DNA of 64,000 nucleotides, from NCBI GenBank assembly GCA_015233195.1, contig JADFYE010000002.1:90184-154183 (forward strand), written 5' to 3'. The position numbers and the translations under genes are program-made. The stretch comes from Candidatus Omnitrophota bacterium. Its GTDB lineage: Bacteria > Omnitrophota > Gorgyraeia > Zapsychrales > Zapsychraceae. How positions within the stretch are numbered: the stretch's first letter is position 1; each line of letters begins with the position of its first letter. Positions 40,347-49,126 of the stretch are shown here, piece after piece. The notes below the pieces were generated by a model. It saw only the letters and a program-made list of their open reading frames with translations. It ran no database searches and was not told the origin of the DNA.

Positions 40347-40395
40347 ATTATTCAGGCTCCAAATAAATAACAGCTATCCCTATCTATGGCATGAT

Positions 40396-41526
40396 CTATT
40401 TCAATGTATAACTCGTGCTCCGTCCACCTGCGGCGTCTTTTCTGAGAATCCCTTTTTCCATAAGATCAAGAATATCTCTCAACGCCGTGTCTTGGGAGCA
40501 TTTTGTAATCTTTGCCCATTTAGTAGACGTGAGTTTACCCTCAAATCCATCAAACAATTTATTGACCATCATTTTCTGCCGTTCGTTGATCGCCCCGGAT
40601 GAATGCTTTTCCCAAAATTGTGCTTTTTTAAACACACCTGCTAATGTGCTTTCCGTTGATACAAGAGCCCGGTCGAGACAAGTCAAGAACCACTCAAGCC
40701 AAGTCGTAATATCAACGCTGGCACCTTTCTGCGTCTTCTCAAGCACATCATAATAAACACTTCGTTCCTTACGGATCTGGACAGACATGCTGTAAAAACG
40801 TTGCGCACTACCATCGGTCCGCGCCAATTGCATATCCGTGATCGCTCGTGCGATGCGCCCATTCCCATCCTCAAAAGGATGGATTGTTACAAACCATAAA
40901 TGCGCAATCGCCGCCTTTAAAACTGGATCAAAACCCTTCGAATCACTTGTGGTGAGCGAAGTCGAACCATTAAACCATGATAGATAACTCTTCATTTCTT
41001 GATTCAAACGATCTGCGCTAGGAGCTTCAAAATGGACACGTTCCCGCCCAACGGGTCCAGAAACGACTTGCATCGGACCATCTTTATCATCACGCCATAC
41101 ACCAATTTTTATTTTTCGCATTCCACTGCGTCCCCCAGGGAACATCGCGGCATGCCAACCGAATAAGCGGTCTTTTGTGAGTGGTTTTTTAAAATTTTGC
41201 GTAGCGTCAAGCATCATCTCAACCACCCCTTCCACATGACGGTCAGAACCAACAAGTCCAGCAATGTCCATCCCGAGTCTTCGCGCAATAGATGAACGAA
41301 CCTGACCAGGATCAAGCTTCTCACCTTCAATCTCGCTGCTTTTCAACACATCCAACGTAAGCGTCTGCAAGACCGCTTCCATGCGTAATGAAAAGCCTAA
41401 AGATTCCATCCGACCCATGAGTCGCCCTTGACGATTTCGTACTGTTCCAAGCTGCGCCGCGATCTTTTCGTGACTCCATGTAAATTGAGGCCAATTTTTA
41501 AGTTGATATATATATTTCATACTCAT
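40396..41526 (-). CDS. Fic-family protein (AMPylase-type) with N-terminal DUF4172-like region and C-terminal wHTH
   Basis: The canonical Fic motif is HPFEDGNGRIARA. The N-terminal block is LKNWPQFTW.... Confidence 0.9.
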   Translation of the reverse strand: MSMKYIYQLKNWPQFTWSHEKIAAQLGTVRNRQGRLMGRMESLGFSLRMEAVLQTLTLDVLKSSEIEGEKLDPGQVRSSIARRLGMDIAGLVGSDRHVEGVVEMMLDATQNFKKPLTKDRLFGWHAAMFPGGRSGMRKIKIGVWRDDKDGPMQVVSGPVGRERVHFEAPSADRLNQEMKSYLSWFNGSTSLTTSDSKGFDPVLKAAIAHLWFVTIHPFEDGNGRIARAITDMQLARTDGSAQRFYSMSVQIRKERSVYYDVLEKTQKGASVDITTWLEWFLTCLDRALVSTESTLAGVFKKAQFWEKHSSGAINERQKMMVNKLFDGFEGKLTSTKWAKITKCSQDTALRDILDLMEKGILRKDAAGGRSTSYTLK

Positions 41527-41542
41527 ACTCCCTTAATTCATT

Positions 41543-41605
41543 TGCGGAGAAGACACTATTTATATCCGCATCTTATGCGGAGAATATAGCACGTATTCTC
41601 CGCAT
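41543..41605. promoter_or_regulatory. Repeated GCGGAGAA operator-like boxes upstream of fic
   Basis: GCGGAGAA occurs at 41544-41551. A perfect inverted repeat pairs GCGGAGAATA (41577-41586) with TATTCTCCGC (41594-41603) across a 7-nt spacer. The boxes lie 20-80 nt upstream of the fic start codon. Confidence 0.5.
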
Positions 41606-41972
41606 GCACAAGAGTATTTTATGATTTAATATGTTTCCGCAAGCGCGACTCACATTCAAACGTTATTATAATTCGTGACAGGCACTAATTAAGGGACACG
41701 ATTAAAATATCCCCTCCGGGGTAAACCAGTGACCTAATGTCTTCTGCCTTTGAATAACAACAAAATTTTTTTTTTTACCCCCCCACCCTGTGGGGAGGGG
41801 CAGGGGCAGGGGGGGGGGAATACAATAAAAACATATAAAAACATAGTCTACAGGACACGATTGCCCTTCGCTTTGCTCAGGGATTGGCTTTTCTCCTATT
41901 AAAAAATGAAAAAGCCAATAGAACGACGGCTTCGCCGTTGCACGCTCAGTCACGCGCTCACGCCTTCAAATT

Positions 41973-42003
41973 AAAAAAGGCCACCTAAAAGGTGACCTTT
42001 TTT
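41973..42003 (-). terminator. Probable ancestral tRNA-fMet terminator, now next to the partial tRNA copy (attL side)
   Basis: Stem aggccacc (41978-41985) pairs with ggtgacct (41991-41998) with one mismatch. On the minus strand it is followed by a T-run (A-run 41973-41978). It lies directly 3' of the duplicated tRNA 3' segment. Confidence 0.6.
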
Positions 42004-42006
42004 AAT

Positions 42007-42062
42007 TTGGTTGCGGGGACACGATTTGAACGTGTGACCCCCAGGTTATGAGCCTGGTGAGC
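42007..42062 (-). repeat. attL: 55-56-bp duplicate of the 3' part of tRNA-fMet
   Basis: tggttgcggggacacgatttgaacgtgtgacccccaggttatgagcctggtgagc is identical to 53572-53626. The two copies diverge immediately afterwards (ccca... versus tacc...). Confidence 0.9.
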
Positions 42063-42135
42063 CCACCCACAACTTATTGATAAATATAAACTTATGAAAA
42101 TTAAAAATCAAATGTGACGGATTTGTGACAATCAC

Positions 42136-42465
42136 CTATTCAGCCAATTTACAGCATGCTTCACTAAAACTTATAATGTCCTTTTCAAGAGCAATATCTT
42201 TTTCTAAATTAAAACAATTGCAAATATGTTCGCCTACATCATGCAAATAACAAATGACTTCCTGTAGAATTAAAAAAGTATATTTTTTAAAAATATTTGC
42301 GTCGTTAATATTTACCGTAAAATGAGTCATGTGAGAAAAATTACATAAAAACGCATAGTCACTTTTATATTTTTCAAGCAACCCAACATCTTCGGCGCGT
42401 TTTTCTACAAAAACACCGCCTAATTTATGTTTCATAGCACTAATGTTGGCTGTTCGGTCGTTCAA
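42136..42465 (-). CDS. Hypothetical protein, downstream partner of the DUF4238-like/SEC-C gene
   Basis: A 109-aa ORF starting 19 nt after the stop of the 823-aa gene, on the same strand. No motif recognised. Confidence 0.5.
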   Translation of the reverse strand: MNDRTANISAMKHKLGGVFVEKRAEDVGLLEKYKSDYAFLCNFSHMTHFTVNINDANIFKKYTFLILQEVICYLHDVGEHICNCFNLEKDIALEKDIISFSEACCKLAE

Positions 42466-42484
42466 TGATCAACGACAATTAAAA

Positions 42485-44956
42485 TTACTGATTAGAGAAA
42501 GATTCTATATATAAAGAAAGCGGCAAAGATTTTAAATATTTTTCGTGTCCAGCGTGTGCCAATAACAAGCGATAAACTGTGCTAGCGCTATGACCTGATG
42601 GAGCAATCTTGGCATTTAGCCTATACTTTTTCTGAATTACTTTAAAAGTCTCTGGGCAAACTTCATTTTTCCTTTTAATAAACTTTTCAATTGATGCACT
42701 CATATTTTTTCTGGCAAAATTCATTTCCTGTATTAAATTATCAATTTGTGATTTATTTGTTGGCGTCTCCTTTTGAACAGTGCACCAAATGTGTTTTAGC
42801 GCAGTCTTAATATGCTGTAACTCTCCTTCTTTTAATGTTAATAAAAGATCCTTCTGATCAGGAAACTCAACAAAATCAATTTCCAAATTCGTCATATATT
42901 TTTCAATAGCTTGCCATTCAGAATGTCCATCTCCATAATAATTATTAACAGATTCACAAATTTCAAACCATCTGTGTTGATGATAAGTTAGTATAAACGA
43001 ACCTGTTGATTGAGCTAAAAACAAACCCAATTCAAGATTGGGACTTAAATGCGCAATGTGCATCTGACAAAATTCTTCATCACTTTCATGAAGCTGTAAT
43101 GAAGCCAACGGATCTTGCTCTCTATTTATCTTAATTTCCACAAGAGTTTTTTCAAGTTGCTCATCGTTGATTTCAGGCATATGATGCTTAATAAATAATC
43201 TTATACGCTCATCAGGCAAATTAAACATACCTCTTATCACGTCTTCCATAGCCAACTTTTTCATTGACAGCATTACCTTCTCATCAATTTTCATTGTTTT
43301 ACACCGGTTTTGTGACGCTTCCATAATTTGTTGTCTTAATTCAAAGTCAAAATTCATTGGATCAGGAATCATATTGACCTTGCCAATTTCTATTAATGGC
43401 ATAAATGAAATAAAAAATAAAATGTTCTTTAATGTTTCTTGTCTAAACGTGGAAGGATTATTTATTGGATTGTATTCTTTAGGAAGAACATTTGCATTAG
43501 CAAACGGATTAATAATTAATATCTCATCTGCATATAAAGAAAATGCCGCAACATCCTTATAAGCAACACGCGGATCCAATAAACCTGAATAAAGCGCACG
43601 TGATATTTTTTTATCTGGCTTTGGCAATAAAGCCATTAAATCTGTTTCAGTTGGCCAAAGACTCGCGAAAACTTTATGAATTTCTATTATTTTATCATCA
43701 CTAAACTCTCGTCGAATTTGTGTCCAATCCTTTTTATCTAACTCAAGAATTTTTGTAAGAATCCGAAAAAACATTAAATTCCGTTCTCGGATACTTAATT
43801 CTGTCCATGACGACCTTTCCTCCATTGTTTTATCATAGCAACATCTCTTATATTTTTTAGCGCTTCCGCAAGGACAAGGGTCATTTACACCGATCTTGCC
43901 TTCTTTAGGTTCTTTTTTAAAAAAATTTGCTTCTGGGTGAGTTCTGCCATACTCATCGCTATAAAAATATGTGCCATCTTTATTTTGGCCATAAACTTCC
44001 CCTCCATAATTATAAAGCTTGTCTTTAGGTGGCAACAACACCTTACCTATCTCCGTCCAAGAGCTTTGAATAAATTTCTCAGGGTAAAGCCATTCTTTAT
44101 TTTCAGCAGCTAAAAATTGTTTTGATCGTAGCTTAATCATAAGATTTATTTTGGCAACTTCGTTGTCTTGTAACTCCCTTTTACAAATTATATTATCCAT
44201 TCTCCCTAAAGTATTTCGGAACGACTTCGCGTTAGCTCTATATATTTTAGGATCAGATAAATCAGGGTTACGGGCATAATCTAAGTTAGTAAGAATCAAA
44301 CAACGGGCACTATCTAGAGGGAAAACTGTTTGGGTTGCTTTCATTTCGATTCGAGGATCGTTAGGATATATACATTCTTCACTATTAGGAGGACAAGCAT
44401 AATTATAAGTTGTAATGGGATGATCAGAAACTATAAATTTTATTTTTGATTTTCTTGCATACACTATCTCTTTAACAGACTCAAACCAAAGTGTGCAATG
44501 CAATTGCCTAATTTTCTGCATTTCAAATAACAACTGATTATGTGTCAAATTTGGATACTTTGACTTCAGCCAAGCAAGCCCTTTCGGAGTACGAATTTTC
44601 TGTATATCAATGTATTCAAAAAACTTCTCAAAATTATTATGTAAATTTTCAAATTCCTGTTCAGCCATTGCACTCACAGCATTAAGACCTACATTATCAA
44701 TTTTCCCAAAAAGATAACGTTCAATGTCATCATTTAAAAATCCGTAATAATGTGTCGTATATAAATCTTTTTGGCAGAAACATTGACTAGGGCTAAAAGG
44801 ATAATTGATTGCTTTATCTTGTTTCTTGTGCCCATTGGGTAATTCTATTAGTTGTGGGCATAGATTTAAGTAATAAAAAGTGCTTTTTGAAGAAGATAAA
44901 AATCTCTTCTGATACCACTTTGGAACATAATGATTTCTACGTGTAATATCAATCAT
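42485..44956 (-). CDS. DUF4238-like N-terminal domain, SEC-C zinc motif and ~440-aa uncharacterised C-terminal region
   Basis: The N-terminus RRNHYVPKWYQKRFL and the block FIVSDHPITTY match my recollection of the DUF4238 signature. The SEC-C motif DPCPCGSAKKYKRCC is encoded at 43835-43885. Confidence 0.7.
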   Translation of the reverse strand: MIDITRRNHYVPKWYQKRFLSSSKSTFYYLNLCPQLIELPNGHKKQDKAINYPFSPSQCFCQKDLYTTHYYGFLNDDIERYLFGKIDNVGLNAVSAMAEQEFENLHNNFEKFFEYIDIQKIRTPKGLAWLKSKYPNLTHNQLLFEMQKIRQLHCTLWFESVKEIVYARKSKIKFIVSDHPITTYNYACPPNSEECIYPNDPRIEMKATQTVFPLDSARCLILTNLDYARNPDLSDPKIYRANAKSFRNTLGRMDNIICKRELQDNEVAKINLMIKLRSKQFLAAENKEWLYPEKFIQSSWTEIGKVLLPPKDKLYNYGGEVYGQNKDGTYFYSDEYGRTHPEANFFKKEPKEGKIGVNDPCPCGSAKKYKRCCYDKTMEERSSWTELSIRERNLMFFRILTKILELDKKDWTQIRREFSDDKIIEIHKVFASLWPTETDLMALLPKPDKKISRALYSGLLDPRVAYKDVAAFSLYADEILIINPFANANVLPKEYNPINNPSTFRQETLKNILFFISFMPLIEIGKVNMIPDPMNFDFELRQQIMEASQNRCKTMKIDEKVMLSMKKLAMEDVIRGMFNLPDERIRLFIKHHMPEINDEQLEKTLVEIKINREQDPLASLQLHESDEEFCQMHIAHLSPNLELGLFLAQSTGSFILTYHQHRWFEICESVNNYYGDGHSEWQAIEKYMTNLEIDFVEFPDQKDLLLTLKEGELQHIKTALKHIWCTVQKETPTNKSQIDNLIQEMNFARKNMSASIEKFIKRKNEVCPETFKVIQKKYRLNAKIAPSGHSASTVYRLLLAHAGHEKYLKSLPLSLYIESFSNQ

Positions 44957-45117
44957 ATTATAAGTAATTATTTACTAAATTCGTTATATATGCAATTATG
45001 ATTTTCAACTAAAGAAAATATTATTTAGCCATTGAATAAACGAACATTTAATCAACCCCTTAGAATAAGCAATTTCCCTGTAAAAAAACTTGTACCCTTT
45101 ATTCAACCCTTACATCT

Positions 45118-45772
45118 TTAGACACCCGCAAGAACTATCCACTTTAAGAATAACATCACGTGCTTTAAGAAATACCTCAGAAAGAAAACATCAAACTCCG
45201 GCATATACATATCCGCGTTTTCGTTTATACACTTAGTATAAAATTCGTAATTCTCATAACATTCTTGAGGTAGACCACCAAAATCAATAATTTCATGTAA
45301 TAGCTCATTGAGATCTTCTCGTCGAATATTTCAACATTATATGGCGAAATAGATGTGATAATATTATGGTTAATTACTCGCTTATTTTTAAAATAAAAAA
45401 TTATAAATACTTCGACATAAAGATTTTGGAAAGTTGAAAAAACTTCGGCAAGCTCTTGAGATGAGGTTATAGCCAATCCCTTCGGATTAAAGCTTAACCC
45501 TTTTTCAACGAGAAACTTTTTTGCGACGTCCGATAGGGAACCCTCGGTTCCACTATCCCCTCGGATATTTTCAATGTGCTCGTCTGCTTTTTGCTGATAT
45601 TCTTTTTCTTTGATTTCATACGCGACTTCCGTTTCCTTAACAGTATCGTGAATATCTAATTTTTTTTCTTCAATAAAGCGTTAAACGATTTCGTGTCTCG
45701 TAAGAACGGAGCTAATGGGCTGATAAGGTAAGAAACTTTTGATTTTTTCTTCTGCTTTTTTATGACTTTCAT
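45118..45772 (-). pseudogene. Disrupted ORF (at least two frameshifts, one in an A8 run)
   Basis: After a GGGAGA RBS, the ATG at 45772 gives MKVIKKQKKKSKVSYLISPL...ALLKKKN*, which stops inside gaagaaaaaaaattag. The next frame continues LDIHDTVKETEVAYEIKEKEYQQ...FKNKRVINHNIITS. A further shift gives EDLNELLHEIIDFGGLPQECYENYEF... Confidence 0.45.
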
Positions 45773-45923
45773 CTATATTCTCCCAAAAAACTTTTTGTTA
45801 TTCTGACAATTATATTATCATGGCTTTCTGTCTTGTCAATAGCCTCCCTACCGACGCTGTCTGATATTTATTCACACCCTTGTTTTCGGTTTTCTTCAGG
45901 GGTAAAGTTCTTTGAAAAGCTAA

Positions 45924-46070
45924 CTAAGTTTTCTTGTCTTGTGTGTTAGGGTTTTTCCCAGTCTTCTTCGCCGAAAGTATAGCCTTCTTCATTGCTCGGT
46001 TCATCCTGATCCGCTGTTCGTATAATCTCTGCTCTTCTGGATTCGGGTATTTTTGATTGATCGCTGTCAT
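45924..46070 (-). CDS. 48-aa truncated paralog of the 126-aa protein at 47867..48247
   Basis: MTAINQKYPNPEEQRLYEQRIRMNRAMKKAILSAKKTGKNPNTQDKKT aligns with MEEPRFQNPKQQKLYDLQIKLNRAMNKAILSAKMTGHKI. The upstream leader is also duplicated. It is below the ORF-track size cut-off. Confidence 0.5.
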   Translation of the reverse strand: MTAINQKYPNPEEQRLYEQRIRMNRAMKKAILSAKKTGKNPNTQDKKT

Positions 46071-46165
46071 TTTTTATTTCCTCCACTACCGGTCTTACTT
46101 ATTTATGCGACTCTATTAATAACTTTACTATTTAATGCTGTCTGGGAGTTAGCTTTATTCCTCAT
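45958..46165. repeat. Diverged ~200-bp duplication, copy 1 (copy 2 at ~48141..48340)
   Basis: ccagtcttcttcgccgaaagtatagccttcttcattgctcggttca aligns with ccagtcatcttcgctgaaagtatagccttgttcattgctcggttca. Similarity continues through the start codon and a leader containing ctattaata. Boundaries are approximate. Confidence 0.7.
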
Positions 46166-46218
46166 GGTTTCCCTCAGCTTAGCTAATTCCTTTGCAATGG
46201 AACGCATACGCATATGAT

Positions 46219-46350
46219 CCTGATCTAGGATATTATTGGGATATACCAATGTCATATCAATTCGATGCAAATGCCGTACCCGAGCCGACCACGATATTGC
46301 TATTTAGCGCGGGATTAGGTTTATTATTTAGAAAAAAGCCCTGTTCATAA
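46219..46350 (+). pseudogene. C-terminal remnant of a PEP-CTERM protein inside the island
   Basis: The plus-strand frame reads ...YYWDIPMSYQFDANAVPEPTTILLFSAGLGLLFRKKPCS*. That gives a PEP motif (from 46276), a TM helix and a basic tail. An in-frame stop just upstream leaves no N-terminal body. Confidence 0.6.
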
Positions 46351-46387
46351 GAACGAGGCTTCAACTTTTCTGCGCATGGTAGATAAG

Positions 46388-46606
46388 CTATTTAACTTCT
46401 TCGAATCTTCGCTCCCCGCATTTGGTGCAGGCAATTTTAATATGTGACCTACCGTATGCACTCAGCATTACAAACTTATGCCCGAATATCTCACACCTAA
46501 TTTTTATTAAGACCTCCGACCACTTCTTTCGAGATGATTTTAATGATACGCAGTTTTCTAATAAGTCCCGCGAACTCTTCCGAAGACATTTCATCTCTTG
46601 CCTCAT
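46388..46606 (-). CDS. Small zinc-ribbon-like protein
   Basis: 72 aa. Cysteine and histidine pairs occur in CEIFGHKF...CTKCGERRF. It lies directly downstream of the HExxH gene. Confidence 0.4.
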   Translation of the reverse strand: MRQEMKCLRKSSRDLLENCVSLKSSRKKWSEVLIKIRCEIFGHKFVMLSAYGRSHIKIACTKCGERRFEEVK

Positions 46607-46716
46607 CCAATATCTTTATTTTTGTTTCATTGTCTTGCGCCGACATAACGCCTTTTATTATAGGATCAAAAATTTTAAGATTATCTCCAGCACGTGCGCT
46701 ATTTGCCTTACCACCA

Positions 46717-47604
46717 CTAACGCTGATTCTCTAATTCAACATAACAGTCGGTATTATATTGAGCTATTCCGCGGCAATTACCACAAACGACATCTTGACA
46801 ACCTTTGTCCAATTTGATGCGTAATCTTTGAAAACAAAATGGGCATAAAACAACGGCACTCTCGAAATCCTTATCTTTTAATAGCTGACCTTTCCTATGC
46901 ATATAACTTACAACACCGTCGCGAAAACAGTCCCTTCCCTCCCCAAACAATAATTTCATTATTTCTTCATTTTTAATCGATTTGATTTGTGCATACAACG
47001 CCAAAGCATAACCCAATTCATCATTCGTTAAATAAGGCTTAATATTCTTTTTACTTATCCTCTCCTCATTTCCAACAACTTCCGATTTAGTACAAGGGGT
47101 TAACCCATTCAATAAAAAAATTCCCATTCCCAGATAAATTGTCATTAAATCCGTATAACGTTCATTATCAATCCCGTTATAAATCTCCAAATTATTGTCT
47201 TTTAAAAAAACATGTGAAATTTCATGCGACAGGCAAGCAGCTATTTGTCGTTTATCTTCCATAAAAAAATTATCAATCTCTATAAAATAATCGGTCCCGT
47301 TTCTTTGGACTACTGCCGCGCTTGACAAATTTCCTGAAAACCCAACAATAACTTGCCGCATATTGATATTCAAATTAGCCGCAATCCGACGTGTTAATTC
47401 CATACTATAAATTACACCGTCACCAAAATCTATCCCTTCATCAGTAATGAATGACTGACGTCGCAAAATCGGATGTTTAATTTTACTAATACCATGAAAA
47501 TTTTCTTCTATCCATGACCTTTTTGCCGCGACGTTAAAATATATTTTCGTCTTTTTTTCTTTTTTTTTAAAACCATTAAACATATTGTTCCTTTGTAAGA
47601 TCAA
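46717..47604 (-). CDS. Putative HExxH zinc metallopeptidase with C-terminal zinc ribbon
   Basis: The HExxH motif is CLSHEISHVFL, in an ImmA/IrrE-like context. The C-terminal four-cysteine ribbon is CPFCFQRL...VVCGNCRG. The start may be the internal MFNGF at 47583. Confidence 0.55.
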   Translation of the reverse strand: MILQRNNMFNGFKKKEKKTKIYFNVAAKRSWIEENFHGISKIKHPILRRQSFITDEGIDFGDGVIYSMELTRRIAANLNINMRQVIVGFSGNLSSAAVVQRNGTDYFIEIDNFFMEDKRQIAACLSHEISHVFLKDNNLEIYNGIDNERYTDLMTIYLGMGIFLLNGLTPCTKSEVVGNEERISKKNIKPYLTNDELGYALALYAQIKSIKNEEIMKLLFGEGRDCFRDGVVSYMHRKGQLLKDKDFESAVVLCPFCFQRLRIKLDKGCQDVVCGNCRGIAQYNTDCYVELENQR

Positions 47605-47866
47605 AAACTAAATAAAGAACCATCTTTTAATCTGTTAGAGGGAATCCTGCAACCATCTACCATCTTTATCCCCATTCTTAAATTATAACTCTTTATGCTT
47701 ACGCCAAAAATCATCCTCATCATTAATCTCTAAAACCTTCTTACCATCAGAATCTAATAAGACTAAGTTCCTTTTCTTTAGATAAAACATTCACAACATC
47801 ACTATCCGAAACAAAAAATGGAAAGGCGATTAAAAATAATATAGTAAACAAATACTTTCTCCTGCC

Positions 47867-48247
47867 TTAACCCTCATCATTTAAACAAAAATCAGCCAAA
47901 ATTTCCCCAGTATTCTTATCAATAACCACACAATTTGATGAGCAAAGAGACATGTTACCAAGTATTTCCGGATATATAACACACCAAGCGGCTTTTCCCT
48001 CCCATCGTTTCGCTAAATTATCAAAACCATATATTCGCTGACGATTGAAATTTACCTCATCAACTGTATAAACAAATACCGCGTTTTTAAGCGCATGCCC
48101 TAAAGCTATTTCTCGCGCACGATCTTTTGTAATTTTATGTCCAGTCATCTTCGCTGAAAGTATAGCCTTGTTCATTGCTCGGTTCAGCTTGATTTGCAGA
48201 TCGTATAATTTCTGCTGCTTCGGGTTTTGAAACCTCGGTTCTTCCAT
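47867..48247 (-). CDS. Hypothetical 126-aa protein (full-length copy of the duplicated module)
   Basis: The ORF has an RBS-like GGGGGAAATAA upstream. Its N-terminus is paralogous to the 45924..46070 peptide. Confidence 0.5.
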   Translation of the reverse strand: MEEPRFQNPKQQKLYDLQIKLNRAMNKAILSAKMTGHKITKDRAREIALGHALKNAVFVYTVDEVNFNRQRIYGFDNLAKRWEGKAAWCVIYPEILGNMSLCSSNCVVIDKNTGEILADFCLNDEG

Positions 48248-48340
48248 TATTTATTTCCCCCGGTGATGGTCTTTTTTCCCTCCACCACGCTATTAATAGC
48301 TTAACTATTTCGCACTGTCCAATAGTTAAACTTTGGCTTC
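48141..48340. repeat. Diverged ~200-bp duplication, copy 2
   Basis: See copy 1 at 45958..46165. This copy covers the 5' coding end and the leader of the 126-aa gene. Confidence 0.7.
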
Positions 48341-48506
48341 TATCAGCATAGTTATTTACCTTTGTTTATTTCAACAATTATAATATAAATAAGCGACAAC
48401 GTGATGTCGTAAACATTCGAAATTCATCATCGCACAAGACCTACCTTTGACCTTAACTCCTTTGCGGTTTGGGTATCTCCAAAAATATCAGCAACCTGCG
48501 CCTGAC

Positions 48507-49046
48507 TTAACATTCCGTGTAATCATATATTGCTAATGCCTGGCTTGTCTCTAAATTAATAATTAGGCATTTTTGATTAAAATGAATAGAAAAAAAAGAA
48601 CTTTTAGGTGAAACCACAACGAGCGTTGTCTCTTTTTTTAAAATATTTTTTAAACGATCCATACTAACAACTTGATTATCGACTTTTCGAAAATCAAATT
48701 CCTCATTAGGTAAAATCCTTACCCATTCATCAAAATCAGTAAGTAGTTTATCTATTTCCCAAGCACTAATATGCGGTAACTTATTAATAATAAAATTTAT
48801 AGATTTAAGACTAATACTGCTTACAACGAGCGAGTATCCATAATAAAATAGAACAGAAACAACAAGTCCAGATAAAATAACTGCTACAAAAGCACCTATT
48901 GGTATAACTTTTACCCAATAATCTCCAAACTGAAACTCAATAAGTCGTGCTAAATAATCATATAGACTCAAACAAACGATCATGACTGAAAACCACAACA
49001 CCATACGAAAAATAAAACTAAAAAATTTTTTCATCAATTTATGCAT
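48507..49046 (-). CDS. Membrane protein (two N-terminal TM helices plus a soluble C-terminal domain)
   Basis: 179 aa. The hydrophobic segments are FSFIFRMVLWFSVMIVCLSLY and VIPIGAFVAVILSGLVVSVLFYY. Confidence 0.5.
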   Translation of the reverse strand: MHKLMKKFFSFIFRMVLWFSVMIVCLSLYDYLARLIEFQFGDYWVKVIPIGAFVAVILSGLVVSVLFYYGYSLVVSSISLKSINFIINKLPHISAWEIDKLLTDFDEWVRILPNEEFDFRKVDNQVVSMDRLKNILKKETTLVVVSPKSSFFSIHFNQKCLIINLETSQALAIYDYTEC

Positions 49047-49126
49047 AATATTCTCCTTAATTAAATAACTATATCACCCAAGCCGTTTGGTGTAAAGAAT
49101 GGCGCGCTTCCTTTATAATTCAAAAC

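Noticed and set aside
41702-41953. An 83-aa minus-strand ORF between fic and attL.
   Set aside because: It reads through the poly-G/poly-C/poly-T low-complexity tract (…PPPLPLPLPTGWGGKKK…). It has no RBS and no recognisable fold signal, so I treat the region as non-coding.
45225-45476. An 83-aa ORF that I briefly considered a RadC/JAB-like fragment (FYFKNKRVINHNIITS).
   Set aside because: No HxHPSG-type JAB motif follows in any frame. I reinterpret it as the middle segment of a frameshifted gene of unknown family (45118..45772).
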